Both the position numbers and the translations under genes were made by a program. This document shows, in pieces, positions 1-13,153 of a DNA stretch of 64,000 nt (positions are counted from its first letter, which is position 1; every line of letters begins with the position of its first letter). The notes under the pieces are model-generated. The model did no database searches. It was given only the letters and a program-made list of their open reading frames with translations, and was not told where the DNA came from. Source of the DNA: Octopus bimaculoides (lineage: Eukaryota); the NCBI RefSeq assembly GCF_001194135.2, contig NC_068984.1, forward strand, positions 18,230,698 through 18,294,697, given 5' to 3'.

Positions 1-351
1 CATACCATCTACCATTCCTACTCTTGCTCACATTCCTCTACACATCTTGGGTATTTGTCCTTGGTCTGTCCCCTGGCTCACATAGACTGCTGTTATTGTC
101 CTGTTGTCTTGAATATAGGTACCTATCTCAGAATAAGAACTACTCCTACTACTAATGCCTCTGTTACTCAGGTCTCTCACTCTGTAAAGAGGATGGAAAG
201 CAAACAGACATGGGATTGTACAGTCCCTTTAAAAATGCACCCCCTCAATATACCCTGTAAAGAAGGTTGTTGTGAATATTCTTTAGTCTTGTTGAGGACA
301 TGACACCTCTATTGTGTTGGTGTTACAAAAAAAAAATGACCAAAAAAAAAA

Positions 352-590
352 ACCACCCAGTACACTCTGTAAAGTGGTTAGTGTTAATAAGGGCACCCAG
401 CTGTAGAAACCATGCCAAAAAATGAAAGGCCTGCAAGATGGGGTCCCTCAAACTGTCTTTGTAAGCAGTACCCCAAAAATATATGTTGGCTCTGACTGTG
501 GTAACCAATGCCAACATGAAAACAGTTGTAAAATGAAGATGGTGGTACTGGTGATGACAATGATGATGATGGTGGTGGTGGTGGTGGTGG
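352..590 (+). mobile_element. SINE family B (ATG-repeat tail), degenerate
   Basis: aagggcacccagctgtagaaaccatgcc...gccaacatgaaaacag..taaaatga followed by (ATG/GTG)n. Confidence 0.55.
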
Positions 591-1344
591 TTAGTGTAAG
601 ATATCTATGGAAAAGGAAGCACAAATATTTACTATAAAGACAATCAAAGGGTTGTGTAGCTTTTGAATTTATATCAACTGCTACATGGTTTGCTTTTGTT
701 TTTGATTTCTGCGTATGCCCTTTAACTTTTTGTGCAAAAATATTGTTTTTATACAAGGTGCAGTCTCGCGCTTGGAAAATTAATCAATAATTTTGTGTTA
801 ACCTTTGCAGTCTCAATATTAGTGATGGAGGTTATTATAGTCTGAATGTATAGTTTTATAGAAAGCACTAGGAAAGAAAATTTTCACACTATTTCTACCA
901 TTTGATAATTCACAATGTTTTGGTGTTGGTTTTTCCTAGTTCTATATTTACCATGATGTTAAATATATGAATATATTGATGTATATGTTTATTAGAAAGA
1001 TGTTAATAAAATCTGTCATTTATATAATATTCATTTTAGCAATGTGTCAACCTTTGTTAGTAAATTAGCCTTTGGAAAATACTTTTCTCTATCATTATTC
1101 AATATTTATGTTTTTTTCTTTCTTTCTTCTGTTATTGGTCAGGAAATCTATATCTTAGGATATCAATTAACATCTAGAATGATCTGTGCATAGGCTTCTG
1201 TTAGATATTCTGGTTATTCTTTGATAATCTGATCAAGCAATGTATGGTTAGAAAACTACACAATTTAATCAGCGTCAACATTTTTTTTTTCTTTTTTTTT
1301 TGCTTTGATTTACATCTAGATTATTAATAAGCTTTTAGCTTGAT

Positions 1345-1596
1345 AGGACTAAGTGGCTGTTGTGCAATCCCAGATCAGATCTGATTAAGCAGATTCTGTG
1401 ATTAGACATTTCTGTTGTGATTATCTTGTCTTTTTGTTTTAAGCATGGTTAATCCAGGACAACAGCTTTGAAAGTGTCCTTGCTTACATTAGCCATTGTC
1501 GTTCTTCTCCTAAAATGGTAGCATGTGGTTTGAGGGAATTTGACTGCTATTTCTTACAAGTTGTGCAGCCATGTGAGGATTCGCTGTTGGCTCATA
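1345..1596 (+). mobile_element. Interspersed repeat family F (tgagggagatttggctgctatttctagcagg core)
   Basis: Core recurs at about 4560, 13650, 29460 and 62200 (+), and at 13725, 15380 and 17610 (-). Confidence 0.55.
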
Positions 1597-1633
1597 ATAA
1601 GCAGTTTAATCAACTACCCACATCAAATATAGT

Positions 1634-1804
1634 ATAGGCACAGGCATAGCTGTGTGGTAAGAAACTTGCTTCACAAACACATGATTCCAGGTTCAGTCCC
1701 ACTACATGTCACCTTGGGCAATTGTTTTCTACTACAGCCTTGGGCCAGTGAGAGCCTTCTGAGAGGATTTGGTAGACAGAAGACAGAAACTGAAAGAAGT
1801 CTGC

Positions 1805-1835
<31 letters not shown>

Positions 1836-2023
1836 TGACAACTGACAACTGGTGTTGGTGGATTTATGTCCCCATAACTTAGCAGTTCAGCAAAAGGGAC
1901 CAATAAAATAAGCAAGTACCAGGCTTAAAAAGTACTGGGGTTGATTCATTCAACTAAAATTCTTCAAGGCAGTGCCCCAGCATGGCCACAGTCTGGTGAC
2001 TGGAACCAGTAAAAGACAAAAGA
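1634..2023 (+). mobile_element. tRNA-derived SINE, family A (my label), near full length
   Basis: A-box-like tagctgtgtggtaag, B-box-like ggttcagtccc, internal (GT)n, and tail gtgccccagcatggccacagtc..tgact.gaa..agtaaaaga. Aligns by eye with 43788-44175 and 59884-60265. Confidence 0.8.
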
Positions 2024-2831
2024 TCTGTACTGTATGACCCTACAACCTTTCTCAAGCATTATTAATCAAATCCATAATCAATGAGTTTCTTATCTGAATT
2101 TTGCAGTGATCTGAATATATTCAACAATCTAAATTTGGTCTTCCTGTTATTGCTTCTTTTAATATATTACTATTATTTACTTGATCAAGTATGGAAGATC
2201 ATAATGACTGAGATTGCATTTCAAATCAAAATTAGAACCTGGAGAACAATGCTGAAAACAATACAAAGACTTTATCACTGAGTTGTAATTACATCTTCCA
2301 TCTAACATGTTCGGCTTAATGGCTCTTGATAATTGGGTTAATTTTCTAGTTAGTTTTGGTCATCTCATCTGTGCTGGTTTGTTATTTTAACAATTAAGAT
2401 TTGAGACATGTAATCTCTGCTCTTATGACAGTCAAGATTTGTTTGTGGAAAAGCTCAATTGCTGTCAAGTGTTTTACACAAGAGCTCCAGTATTTATGTA
2501 ATTCATTGGTATGTGCAAAAATTAATGAGGAGATTAATTTCTAATAAATGACAGCCAAATGGTTGTAGAAGGAGTTTCAGTCTGGCTTAGACAATATGAA
2601 GTTTTTTGACTGTATGGTTTGCCCTGGCAGCTGATTTATTTGTAAGGGTGATAATCATTTCCAAAATCAATCATAATAAGATTAAAAGTTGGAATTTTAA
2701 ATTGAAGTGCAACGAAAGAGATGCATACAACATACATATTTTTTCTCACTCATTATAAAGGCCTAAAAATTTCTAATCATAAGTAATAGATAATCATGTG
2801 TTATAATTCTTTAAATAATTTATATATCTAT

Positions 2832-2989
2832 AGACACAGGAGTGGGTATGTGGAAACAAGCCTGCTTCCCAACCACATGGTTCCAGGTTCAGTCCCACTG
2901 CATAACACCTCGGGCAAGTGTCTTCTACTATTGTCTCAGGCCAACCAAAGCCTTGTGAGTGGATTTAGTAGATGGAAACTGAAAGAAGC

Positions 2990-2994
<5 letters not shown>
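2832..2994 (+). mobile_element. SINE family A, 5' half
   Basis: ccaaccacatggttccaggttcagtcccactgc...gaaactgaaagaagccc, then (TA)n. Confidence 0.75.
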
Positions 2995-3037
<43 letters not shown>

Positions 3038-3184
3038 AAGTGAATATATATGCTGATTCTATTAAAAGGTGGCAGTGTGCTAAGAGTTTTACCCTGGACC
3101 AGACTGTTCATGACTGTTGTAAACAGCCCAACCTCGAGTGAAACTACTCTGAGTAGTGTGTCAACTTTTAAAATAATGAATATA

Positions 3185-3263
3185 AGCATAGCTGTGTGGT
3201 GTGCGGTTTCCTTCCAGGTTCAGTCCCACTACATGGCACCTTAGGCAAGTAAAAGATAAAAGA
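3185..3263 (+). mobile_element. SINE family A, internally collapsed copy (head fused to tail)
   Basis: Head ...cacatggcaccttaggCAAGT joins directly to tail aaaagataaaaga. Confidence 0.6.
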
Positions 3264-3299
3264 TGATTATATATGCCAAACTTTCACACAGTTTCCCTC

Positions 3300-3432
3300 T
3301 GCCAAGCTTCATTCACAAGGAATCAGCTGTAACTGTGATAGAAAACACTTACCCTGAGCGTTGTACAGTGGAATCAAACCCAGAACCTTGTGATTGCAAG
3401 GTTAGATGCTTAACCCCATAGCCACACCTGTG
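3300..3432 (-). mobile_element. SINE family A head, reverse orientation
   Basis: Reverse complement contains caggtgtggctatggggttaagcatct...ctgggtttgattccactgtaca...gtaagtgttttct. Confidence 0.6.
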
Positions 3433-4231
3433 TTCATTAAACACTATTATACTGTATATATTGTATTTGTTCAAGAATATTTTTGAAATGCTTCATCACT
3501 CTTCCCATTTCCCAAATTATTTTTGAATCTTTCTTACTCTCAAAAATAGAAAATTTCATTTAGGAAAACAATTTAAATTAACATGTTTTTAATTAGTCGA
3601 GTTTATTAATTTGATTCAATGCCAATTCAAAATTGGAGCTTTTCCTATGATAGTTACTTTGAAATTGATTTAATTAATATCAGTAATCAAACTCATCAGG
3701 AACGAATAAGGGAACACTTATGTTTGAAAATTAATTGTCAACCTATGGCTATCCCTTGTTATTCCTGATTGCTAAATTGCTACAATTTTACAAGACATTT
3801 TTCTTTGTTGATGAGCAGGGAAAGTAGGAATGTTGCTGATGTTTGTTCAAAAGACATCACTGACTGAGTATACCTCAGACTAAATGTATTCCAACCGTGG
3901 CTTTCCTGTCTTTCTCCATTTTTACCCTTCTGTAAAGTATTTAAGCAGCTAACTGGAAGGGTCGTTAGCATGTCAAATAAAAGGCTTAGAGGTTATTCTT
4001 CCAGATTTTTATAACAGGTTAATTCAAAATAAATGATACAAAATGAAAACACACCTGTGAGTGCTTTAATGAGTATATTGCAACAATACAGATGTAACAT
4101 AAAAGGTTAACTTTCCAGGTTTTGTATGGCAACACTGATAATTTAGTCGTTTCTGAAATGCTCACCAGAGGTGTTGTTATTCAAAATGGCAGCATCAGTG
4201 AGAAAGGTGTATTGTTTGCTGGAATATGCAC

Positions 4232-4375
4232 AAACTCCATCATATTCTGAGTTCAAATTCTGCTATGGTCAGCTTTGTCCTTCATCCCTTTGGGGATTGA
4301 GAAAATAAAGTCTCAGCCAAGTACTACGGATGGTTTAATTGACTCTCCTTTCCCCTCAAAATTATTGGTTGTGAA
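4232..4375 (+). mobile_element. SINE family C, degenerate
   Basis: ttctgagttcaaattctgc..ggtcagctttgtccttcatccctttgggg. Confidence 0.55.
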
Positions 4376-5479
4376 CCCTATAATGGACAGCGTCCTGTTC
4401 AAGGGAACATTTTGATCTTGGTCACTTATACACCATGAAAACTGAGCAACTGGCCTCTTAGGGCCCTAGAAAAAAAAAAGAATATATAAATAAAATATTT
4501 AAAACAAGATTATCCAATATATTTTTCACTCGTGTTTGTTTATTTAAGATGTTTGGGTGTGATTTGAGGGTGAGTTGGCTGCCATTTCTAACAGGTCATC
4601 TATCACACTGATGCTTTGTCATCAGCTCAAGTAAAAATATCATTATTCAATGAAGCTGTTGCTTCTGTTGACTATAAAATTCAAGAATATATACATAAAT
4701 ACAATCTGTAAAGGCCTGCTTAAATGCTGGAAAGGGAAGGAAACTGAAGTCTTTTGGTGGAGTCCTATGGATATTTACAGCTTAAAATCACTTTGTGATT
4801 TGGCAGACAACTCTATTACAGCATATGGTATGCCTTAGTTCTTGTGGCACATGCTACAAATTCTTTGCTCAGGCAGCTACTTACTGACTTGTACTTTTGT
4901 CGGTATTCAACTGAGATTAGTTCCACTGGGTCCAACACAATGAATCTGCATCATCATGAATAGAAGGCAGCCATGCTTAACAATCAGTTATCTGTTGAGA
5001 TTATCCAGGTAAAGGTGGCGTTTCTTGTTTTCAGTTCCTCAGTTACCAAATCTCTAAGTTTCCCTGGGAGAAATAACGATTATTTGCAGCTTACACGTCT
5101 CTCTCTCTCTCCTGTATCTCTTTCCCCTCCCATATCTCTCTCTTCCCCATCTCCCCTGTATCTCTCTCTCCCTTTCTCTTCTCTTTCTCTACCCCCATCT
5201 CTCTCTTCTCCCCTTCTCTGCTTGGGTCATTGTTTTTTCCTTTCTTTCCTTTTGTAGCATATAGTCCAGTCTTTTATTGGGTGTGTGTGTATATTCTCTT
5301 ATTCCTAGATTGATGTCAGTCACTGGATTAGCCATGCTGGTGCACTCCTTTCTGGAATTTACCCAGCTTCAGAAGGATAAAAGCTAAAGTGGCCATGTGC
5401 ACAGGAATTGGAATTAGAAGATCAAAACATAAACAAATTATGTTATGTATGGGGCTCTACCCATCCTGCTTTCCTCCTG

Positions 5480-5481
<2 letters not shown>

Positions 5482-5544
<63 letters not shown>
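5482..5544. repeat. (CA)n microsatellite abutting a gap
   Basis: Direct reading. Confidence 0.95.
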
Positions 5545-6444
5545 NNNNNNNNNNNNNNNNNNNNNNNNNNNNNNNNNNNNNNNNNNNNNNNNNNNNNNNN
5601 NNNNNNNNNNNNNNNNNNNNNNNNNNNNNNNNNNNNNNNNNNNNNNNNNNNNNNNNNNNNNNNNNNNNNNNNNNNNNNNNNNNNNNNNNNNNNNNNNNNN
5701 NNNNNNNNNNNNNNNNNNNNNNNNNNNNNNNNNNNNNNNNNNNNNNNNNNNNNNNNNNNNNNNNNNNNNNNNNNNNNNNNNNNNNNNNNNNNNNNNNNNN
5801 NNNNNNNNNNNNNNNNNNNNNNNNNNNNNNNNNNNNNNNNNNNNNNNNNNNNNNNNNNNNNNNNNNNNNNNNNNNNNNNNNNNNNNNNNNNNNNNNNNNN
5901 NNNNNNNNNNNNNNNNNNNNNNNNNNNNNNNNNNNNNNNNNNNNNNNNNNNNNNNNNNNNNNNNNNNNNNNNNNNNNNNNNNNNNNNNNNNNNNNNNNNN
6001 NNNNNNNNNNNNNNNNNNNNNNNNNNNNNNNNNNNNNNNNNNNNNNNNNNNNNNNNNNNNNNNNNNNNNNNNNNNNNNNNNNNNNNNNNNNNNNNNNNNN
6101 NNNNNNNNNNNNNNNNNNNNNNNNNNNNNNNNNNNNNNNNNNNNNNNNNNNNNNNNNNNNNNNNNNNNNNNNNNNNNNNNNNNNNNNNNNNNNNNNNNNN
6201 NNNNNNNNNNNNNNNNNNNNNNNNNNNNNNNNNNNNNNNNNNNNNNNNNNNNNNNNNNNNNNNNNNNNNNNNNNNNNNNNNNNNNNNNNNNNNNNNNNNN
6301 NNNNNNNNNNNNNNNNNNNNNNNNNNNNNNNNNNNNNNNNNNNNNNNNNNNNNNNNNNNNNNNNNNNNNNNNNNNNNNNNNNNNNNNNNNNNNNNNNNNN
6401 NNNNNNNNNNNNNNNNNNNNNNNNNNNNNNNNNNNNNNNNNNNN
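5545..6444. other. Assembly gap (900 N)
   Basis: N run. Other gaps: 26874-26883, 42608-42836, 47869-48004, 52766-52775. Confidence 1.
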
Positions 6445-7211
6445 TATATATATATATATATATATATTGCCTTAACTCTTCGAAACGCCAGTGTTGAATG
6501 GTGGCAGCTGATGAAGGAAATGTTCTCTATGTAGCCTGTGTGTTTTCTGTACTTGTTTATCATTTTGTCTACGTTTTGTTTGCAATGTCCTGTGCCCAGA
6601 AATGCATCTATATATATACAGGTAGATGTAAGTACGTACATACATGTACGTATATATGCATATACTCATTTATTATTTGTATTATATAAATGTATATATA
6701 CATACAGAGAGAGAGGGAGAAACAGGGAAACTGAGACGTGTGTGTGTGTTTGGTACATGGCTCTCTCTCTCTCTCTGAGCTGGCCAAAGTCTTGTGAATG
6801 GACTTGGTAGACTGAAACCGATAAAAGCCAGACGTATATATGTGTGTGTATATGTATGAATGTGTGTTTGTATGCCTGTGTGTATGTTTGTATGTATGTA
6901 TAAGTATACATCCCCACTTTTCATCACCATTGCTTCGTTTTCTTGTCTTTTCTCTTGAAGTTGTTCTTATTTTCATTGTTTTGGATTTCTTTGGTTTTTC
7001 TTTCATCTCCCTACGGAATTCTTTAACAAGCTTTCATCATTTACTTTTTTGGTTTCTTTTAAATTTATTTACAGTTCACCCTTGTATTTTTTCCCACGTC
7101 TGACTTGAAATTTTCAGTTAACATCTTAACCAAAGTAAATAGATGGCTCATCTATGTAGTTTGATCTTAACATGGGGCTTCTGTGGTTGCAGGGGCTTAG
7201 CGACGGCCCTG

Positions 7212-7372
7212 GGTGTGTTTACGTCCCTGTAACATAGCGGTTCGGCAAAAGAGACCGATAGAATAAGTACTAGGCTTACAAAGAGTAAGTCCAGGCTGAT
7301 TTCTTCAACTAAAACCCTTTAAGGTGGTGCTCCAGCATGGCCGCAGTCATATGACTGAAACAAGTAAAAGAA
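7212..7372 (+). mobile_element. SINE family A, 3' half
   Basis: cggttcggcaaaagagaccgatagaataagtactaggcttacaaag...ggtgctccagcatggccgcagtcatatgactgaaacaagtaaaaga. Confidence 0.8.
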
Positions 7373-8345
7373 TGTGTGTGTGTGTGTGTGTATTTGCTGT
7401 ATTTGATGGCCTAAAAGAAGCATTGCAGCAATGCGTATTCAGGAAATGGCATTTTTAGTGCACTGAAGCATGTAACATAGGCTCAACTCCACATGCAGGA
7501 CCCAGAGTGACTTATTGAGACTTCCTTTGCAGGGTGAGGTCTTACATAACTATCCAATGCAGTGTGTGCGTGTGTGTATATAATGTAGAGAGAGTCAACT
7601 GGACATCTCCCACTTAAATTACTTTCAATATAGCCAGGACCTCCTCCATCTTGGCATATTTTCATTTTATCTGTTGTCAAACCAAAAACTAATAAAAATA
7701 AAATCAGTTGTGTCAATGAAATAAGTTTCCCATGGAAGATTATTAGAAACAGTGGAACGGTCCTCTTCAATACATGCTGCATGGATAGACGGGTAGATGT
7801 TGGTGGATATTTGAGTGGTGATGGATATTAAGCAGAGTTTTTCTCTTGGGGGTTTAGTAACATAAAAGAAACTAACTTTTAAGAGCCGAAATTTTTTTTG
7901 TTGTTTTTTTTTCTTTCTATTTCCCATTTTTAACATTTATTAATTTTGATTTTTAAACACACATTCTGTTTTGACTTCCATTCTTGTTTTCTGTAAAGAA
8001 TAGACGATGTGAATAGAAAATGTCATATAATAGTGAAAACAAAAGAGATAAAATTAATATTCAGATATTTGATTTCTTGTTTCTGTTTGATCTTTGACTA
8101 GAAAGAGTTTAACTATTGTGAATGGTTCTTTCATTTAAATGTGGCATCTTCCATCAATTTGGCTATTTTCAAAAGTTTTGTAACCTTGCTAAATTCATTT
8201 ATTTTCAGTTTAGTCTACATCTCTACATTATATTGCATTAAATATTTCAAAGTCTATACAATTATCTTGATATCTTAAACAGATTTTCGAAAATTCTGTT
8301 TGTTCTGCTAATATAATGTATGCTTATGGATGCATACTCATAAAC

Positions 8346-8402
<57 letters not shown>

Positions 8403-8668
8403 TTTTCTTTGAATAAGATATATTTTTAATTCTTTAGGCTACAGTTTCTTTAAAGCCCTTCAATACAAATAAACAAACATTACATATACAAGCACATACA
8501 AAATTTTAATTTCATGTTCATAAATATATTTTTGTGTATGTGTGTATATATACAGACACACTCACATACACAAATACATACACACATGCACAGGCATACA
8601 TGGAACTAGTAGACATGTTCCATATGAAGTTTTCTTTCTAATAGCTTCTTCAGTTTGCTTATCTTCAA

Positions 8669-8669
<1 letters not shown>

Positions 8670-8758
<89 letters not shown>
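8670..8758. repeat. (CT)n microsatellite
   Basis: Direct reading. Confidence 0.95.
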
Positions 8759-8760
<2 letters not shown>

Positions 8761-9629
8761 TTATATTTATGTATCTGAATGAAGTAATGACAAGAGCATT
8801 ATTATTACAGTCTGTTTTTTTTCTCTTTTTTTTCTTTTTTTCATTTGGTAGTTTCTCCCCCCCCCCTCCCTCTCTTTGCAATACAAGATTTATATTTTAC
8901 TAAACATGAGGTAAAAATTTCCACCTATTAAATCTGTATTCTCTTCGTATCTTTTTTCGCAATCCTTTACAACTGGTGTTCTTATTTCTTTTACTTAGAC
9001 TTCCAATAGAGTTGGTATCTAATCTCATTTTTGCAAATGTTATTTAGCTTTTGAATACAGCCTTACTTTTTAAATATAACCCATCTATATAAATGTAATT
9101 TAAATCTAAATGTTACACTACAGAAATTTCTGAGCAAAATAATGTACATATCCTATGGGGGAACCCAACAATAGATGAAGCACAATTCCCTTTGCTCTGC
9201 CCATTATTATGAATTATAAGACTATTCTTGATAAGCGCTGGTGTGACTCTGGTAATGGGTTTGCTTCTCAAACACATGGTTTCATGTTCATTCTCATTGT
9301 GTGGTACCTAGGCTAAGTGTCTTTTACTACAGCTCACTGACTAAAGCTTTTAAAAAAGGTTAAAAATATATAATAGAAGCATTGGAAGCAGTGATCCAGC
9401 ATGGCCACAAACCTGTAGCTAAAACCAATAAAAGAATAGAAAATCTTTTTTAAATGATATTTTCTTGCCAAATATTTTGTCCTATTCATGCAAGTGAATA
9501 AAAAAGTGGATGTTCAAATAATGATAAGGATGGAGATCTTCTTTTAACCTACTTGTGGCCAACTTAGTAAGGAAAATGAAATTTTAAAAAAAGGTATAAA
9601 AAAAAAAAAAAAAGCTAGTACAGGGTAGG

Positions 9630-9965
9630 TAAAGTTATGTGGTTAATAAGTTCAGTTTTTGATCATCTTATTCTACATCCAATTTTACTGCGCAGCACCC
9701 TGAGCAAATACCTGCTATTAGGTCCTTAGGTTGACCCACGCCTTGTGAATGGAATTTGTTGGTGAAACTGTGAGAAGTTTATCATGTGTATTTATATTTA
9801 TGCTGTGTCCCTTTATATCTTGTAAACTAACATCTCAGCAAAAGGAGATCAATGTAATATGTACCAAGTTAAAGTAAGTACTAAGTCCATACGATTTATT
9901 GAACCATTGGAAGCAATGATCCCGCATGGCCACAAAACTGTAGCTAAAACCAATAAAAGAATAGA
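9630..9965 (+). mobile_element. SINE family A, old degenerate copy
   Basis: Degenerate matches gccttgtgaatggaatttg, cagcaaaaggagatcaat and gcatggccaca. Confidence 0.5.
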
Positions 9966-11507
9966 AAATCTCTTTTAAATAGTATTTTCATGGTTTTTAT
10001 TTTAGCTTTAGTATCAGAATATGGAGGACATAGAAAGTGCTTACATACCAAGCAGAATGTCTTTGATGAGGAAGATTTTTCAGTATTGTAATTTCTAATT
10101 AGATTTTTTTTTTTTTTTACTGTTAAATTAAATATGGATTCTCTTCAGCTGCTGATTATTGGTGTTAGTTTCTAGTGAAATTATGGTGTGATCTGGGATT
10201 TAAACAGGCACCTCTGCTGCTATTTAAGTATTCAAAAACTGCAAAATCCACTGTCACTGAGAGACATTAATTATCTTAATGTTTCTTTTTTGACAATCTT
10301 TGTGTATAAACTGAGATCAAGTTTGGTGAAATAACATTTCTCTAAATCAATCTTTTATGAAGTTCTCTAAATTCATAGCAAAAGCAATAAATTTAAAAGA
10401 TATGATTACATGATATAATAGGAATATTTAGTTCTTGTAATATGAAATGTTGTTGTTGAAGAAACTGTTCCATTTTGCGACGGTAGTACTATCTTGTATA
10501 ATTGTCATGAATCATTTCTGTCTTTTCTGAAGAAGATTAAATGCTAATAAAACAGTTTTCCCTTTCAAGTATATCAATCAAATTATTTTGGTAGATTTTC
10601 TCAACTCAGTCTTTGAAACAACTATTGACCTTTTCGAAGAGACTTGATCTAACCGTATTTATTTTCTGGTGTGGTTTATAGAGTCATTCATTACTTTACA
10701 ATACATTTTACATGAAAGAAATGTCATAGGGTGATTTTGTGTATATGTCTAAGTGTGGAGGGTATTTAAGGGATTAAGAAATTTCTGTGATTTGCATAGG
10801 AACTGTAAAACAGGATATGATCGAAGTGGTGAGGTGGAAACCACTTAAGTCACATAATTTTTCCATTCAGTGTCCAAGACAATTGGTTTCAATTTTGTTT
10901 GTAAATAGCAGGCAGGGGAAGTGGGGATTAAGACACAAAGGATTTGTTGGAAGGTTTATCCTGATAAATATTTACATTTAACAGGATACACATTCCTGAC
11001 AAATCTTGATGATAAGCACCTTGTTTATAAACAATACAAGTTGTTTGCTAGAGACATAAATGTAAAATCTTCAAAGGACAGCAACAAAATTAGGCATAAC
11101 AATCATCCAGGAAGTTATATGATATCTTTGTATTAAAAACACAACTCATAATCTATCACCCCTCACCCCCCTCTATGTATATCTGCATGTTCCAGGTTGA
11201 TGTCAAAGGCTTTACAAAATCATCTCACCCCAAGAAATGTCCTTCTGAATATTTTAGAAATTTTGTATTATTTTTTTCTAAATTTCTGAATTATACCAAC
11301 ACAAAAGAAAGCTGCTCAACCACTGCATTTACAACTTCCATAAACAGTTTTGCATATTGTTGAAGATATTTCAACTTGCCAACTCAGACAACTAAAGAGA
11401 AAAATCTTGGATATGCATTTGCTTCTCTTTATATGTGCAAGTTTTGTAAAATCCCTTTCTCTAGCTCATTCTTCTATGAATGGCCCTAAATTCACAGTAG
11501 ATAGAAT

Positions 11508-11546
<39 letters not shown>

Positions 11547-11879
11547 CATTTTCTGTCTCCCAAATTGCACAATCCATTTGCAACTTCTGTTTATGAAGGC
11601 TGTAGGTTGCTGATGTTTGCTATTGAGGTTATATGTGAATAATGTGTGGAAGGTGATGAAGAGTTTAAATAGCTAAGTGATGAGTGAGAGCTGAGAGGGA
11701 ATAAGTAACACACATCCATCATGGATACCCCATGACAGTCATCTACTGTCCTTATAAAATAAACTCTGAAAACTTTTAGTGATGGAAAATCACACTGTCA
11801 AGCAGATGGCCTTACACTACAGACCCTTGTGTATGAATAACCACAACTAAAGGCCTCACAGTCTCTACAAATGATGGGC

Positions 11880-12380
11880 ATCAAACTCTGACAATATTTC
11901 ATGGTGACTTCACATCAGTGACTTTACATCTATCATTGCCAAAATTGCATCTGAAAAACTAGTTAGGATTCATCTTCATGGCTAGGAAAATAACTCATCC
12001 CTGATCAGCTGATGACTCTTATAAAGCTCTAGTGTGATCCACACTATACCTCATGTATTTCGTATGATACACCTATACATTAGTGTACACACACACACAC
12101 ACTGCCACATTTTTAAAAAATACCAATCTAGCTGAATATCAACATCATGCACCAAGCCGCTCCAATGTCTAACAGACTTATTGCTTTTTCTCTGCAACCG
12201 TTCTACTACTAAGAATAATATCTGCTCCTTTTAAAACCCCCATCCAAGCCCATTTGTTGCACCCAGTTCTCTTTCTCTTGTCTTCTCTACTAAGATCTTT
12301 CTTTAATTAATTTGTCCAATCATATTTTTAAAACAGTAATATCCTCTAATTCCTTCTCTCTCTACATTTTCCTTCAAGAT
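11880..12380 (+). mobile_element. Highly decayed CR1/L2-type LINE 3' fragment
   Basis: Across frameshifts: TSIIAKIASEKL / GFIFMARK / PDQLMTL / YKALV*STL, resembling the LGFL..ARK...LY.ALVR..LEY region after the RT domain. Confidence 0.4.
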
Positions 12381-12744
12381 GTTAGTCAGCCTGTAGAAAT
12401 TTTAAAAAATCAAACATCAGTTATTCTGATCTCACCTGAGTTTACAAATGTCATAGATGCTGCCCTCTAACAAAAAAGGATTAGGATTAAAGACATGTGG
12501 GAACTTCTTAGTGTAAAACCTTTCCATAATATCTTCATTCCAAAGGTGCCTTAGTCTTTGGTTTCAGTTACATTTTATTGAAGTTTTCAATAACATCCTG
12601 TGACTGGTCACCTTCCCCTACATCAGAAAAATGGTTCTTCCTTCTTTATGCATATTTTCTTGTTGCATTTATTTCCTTTTCAAAATTGGTATTTAGCTCT
12701 AGAACATGCAAGTGGCCAAGTATTCCACAGACACACAGACAATA

Positions 12745-13013
12745 AGGTCATGAATTCAATTCCTAGGGGTGCAATGTGTCCTTGAACAAGGCACTTCATG
12801 TTGCTCCAGTTCACTCAGCTGACAGGAATGAGTAGTACCTATATTTCAAAGGACCAGTCTTGTGTTACATTCTGTGTCATACTGAATCTGCCTGAGAACT
12901 ATGTTAAGGGTACACATATCTCTGGAGTGCTCAGCTACCTGCATGTTATTTTCACAAGCTGGCTGTTCTGTTAATCAGATCTTCTGGAACCCTCATTGGC
13001 ATTACCGACAGAT
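12745..13013 (+). mobile_element. SINE family D
   Basis: gttgctccagttcactcagctg...tatttcaaagg.ccag..ctgaatct.cctgagaacta.gttaagggtaca shared with 26204-26584 and 51121-51443. Confidence 0.7.
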
Positions 13014-13153
13014 GTTAGTTATTATTATTCAAATTTACAGTAATCAAAAGATAAAGACAGGTGTAGGAACAGCAAGCAGGTGTATTTGCTACTTATTTTA
13101 GCTCTACAAAATGTACGAACATTTGAAATTGTTAAAAAAAAAAAAACAACTTT

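Noticed and set aside
5389-6641. Long ORFs of 250-390 aa here and at 23529-24491, 42476-43029, 47650-48030 and 60869-61950
   Set aside because: They are artefacts of N runs (X residues) and flanking microsatellites.
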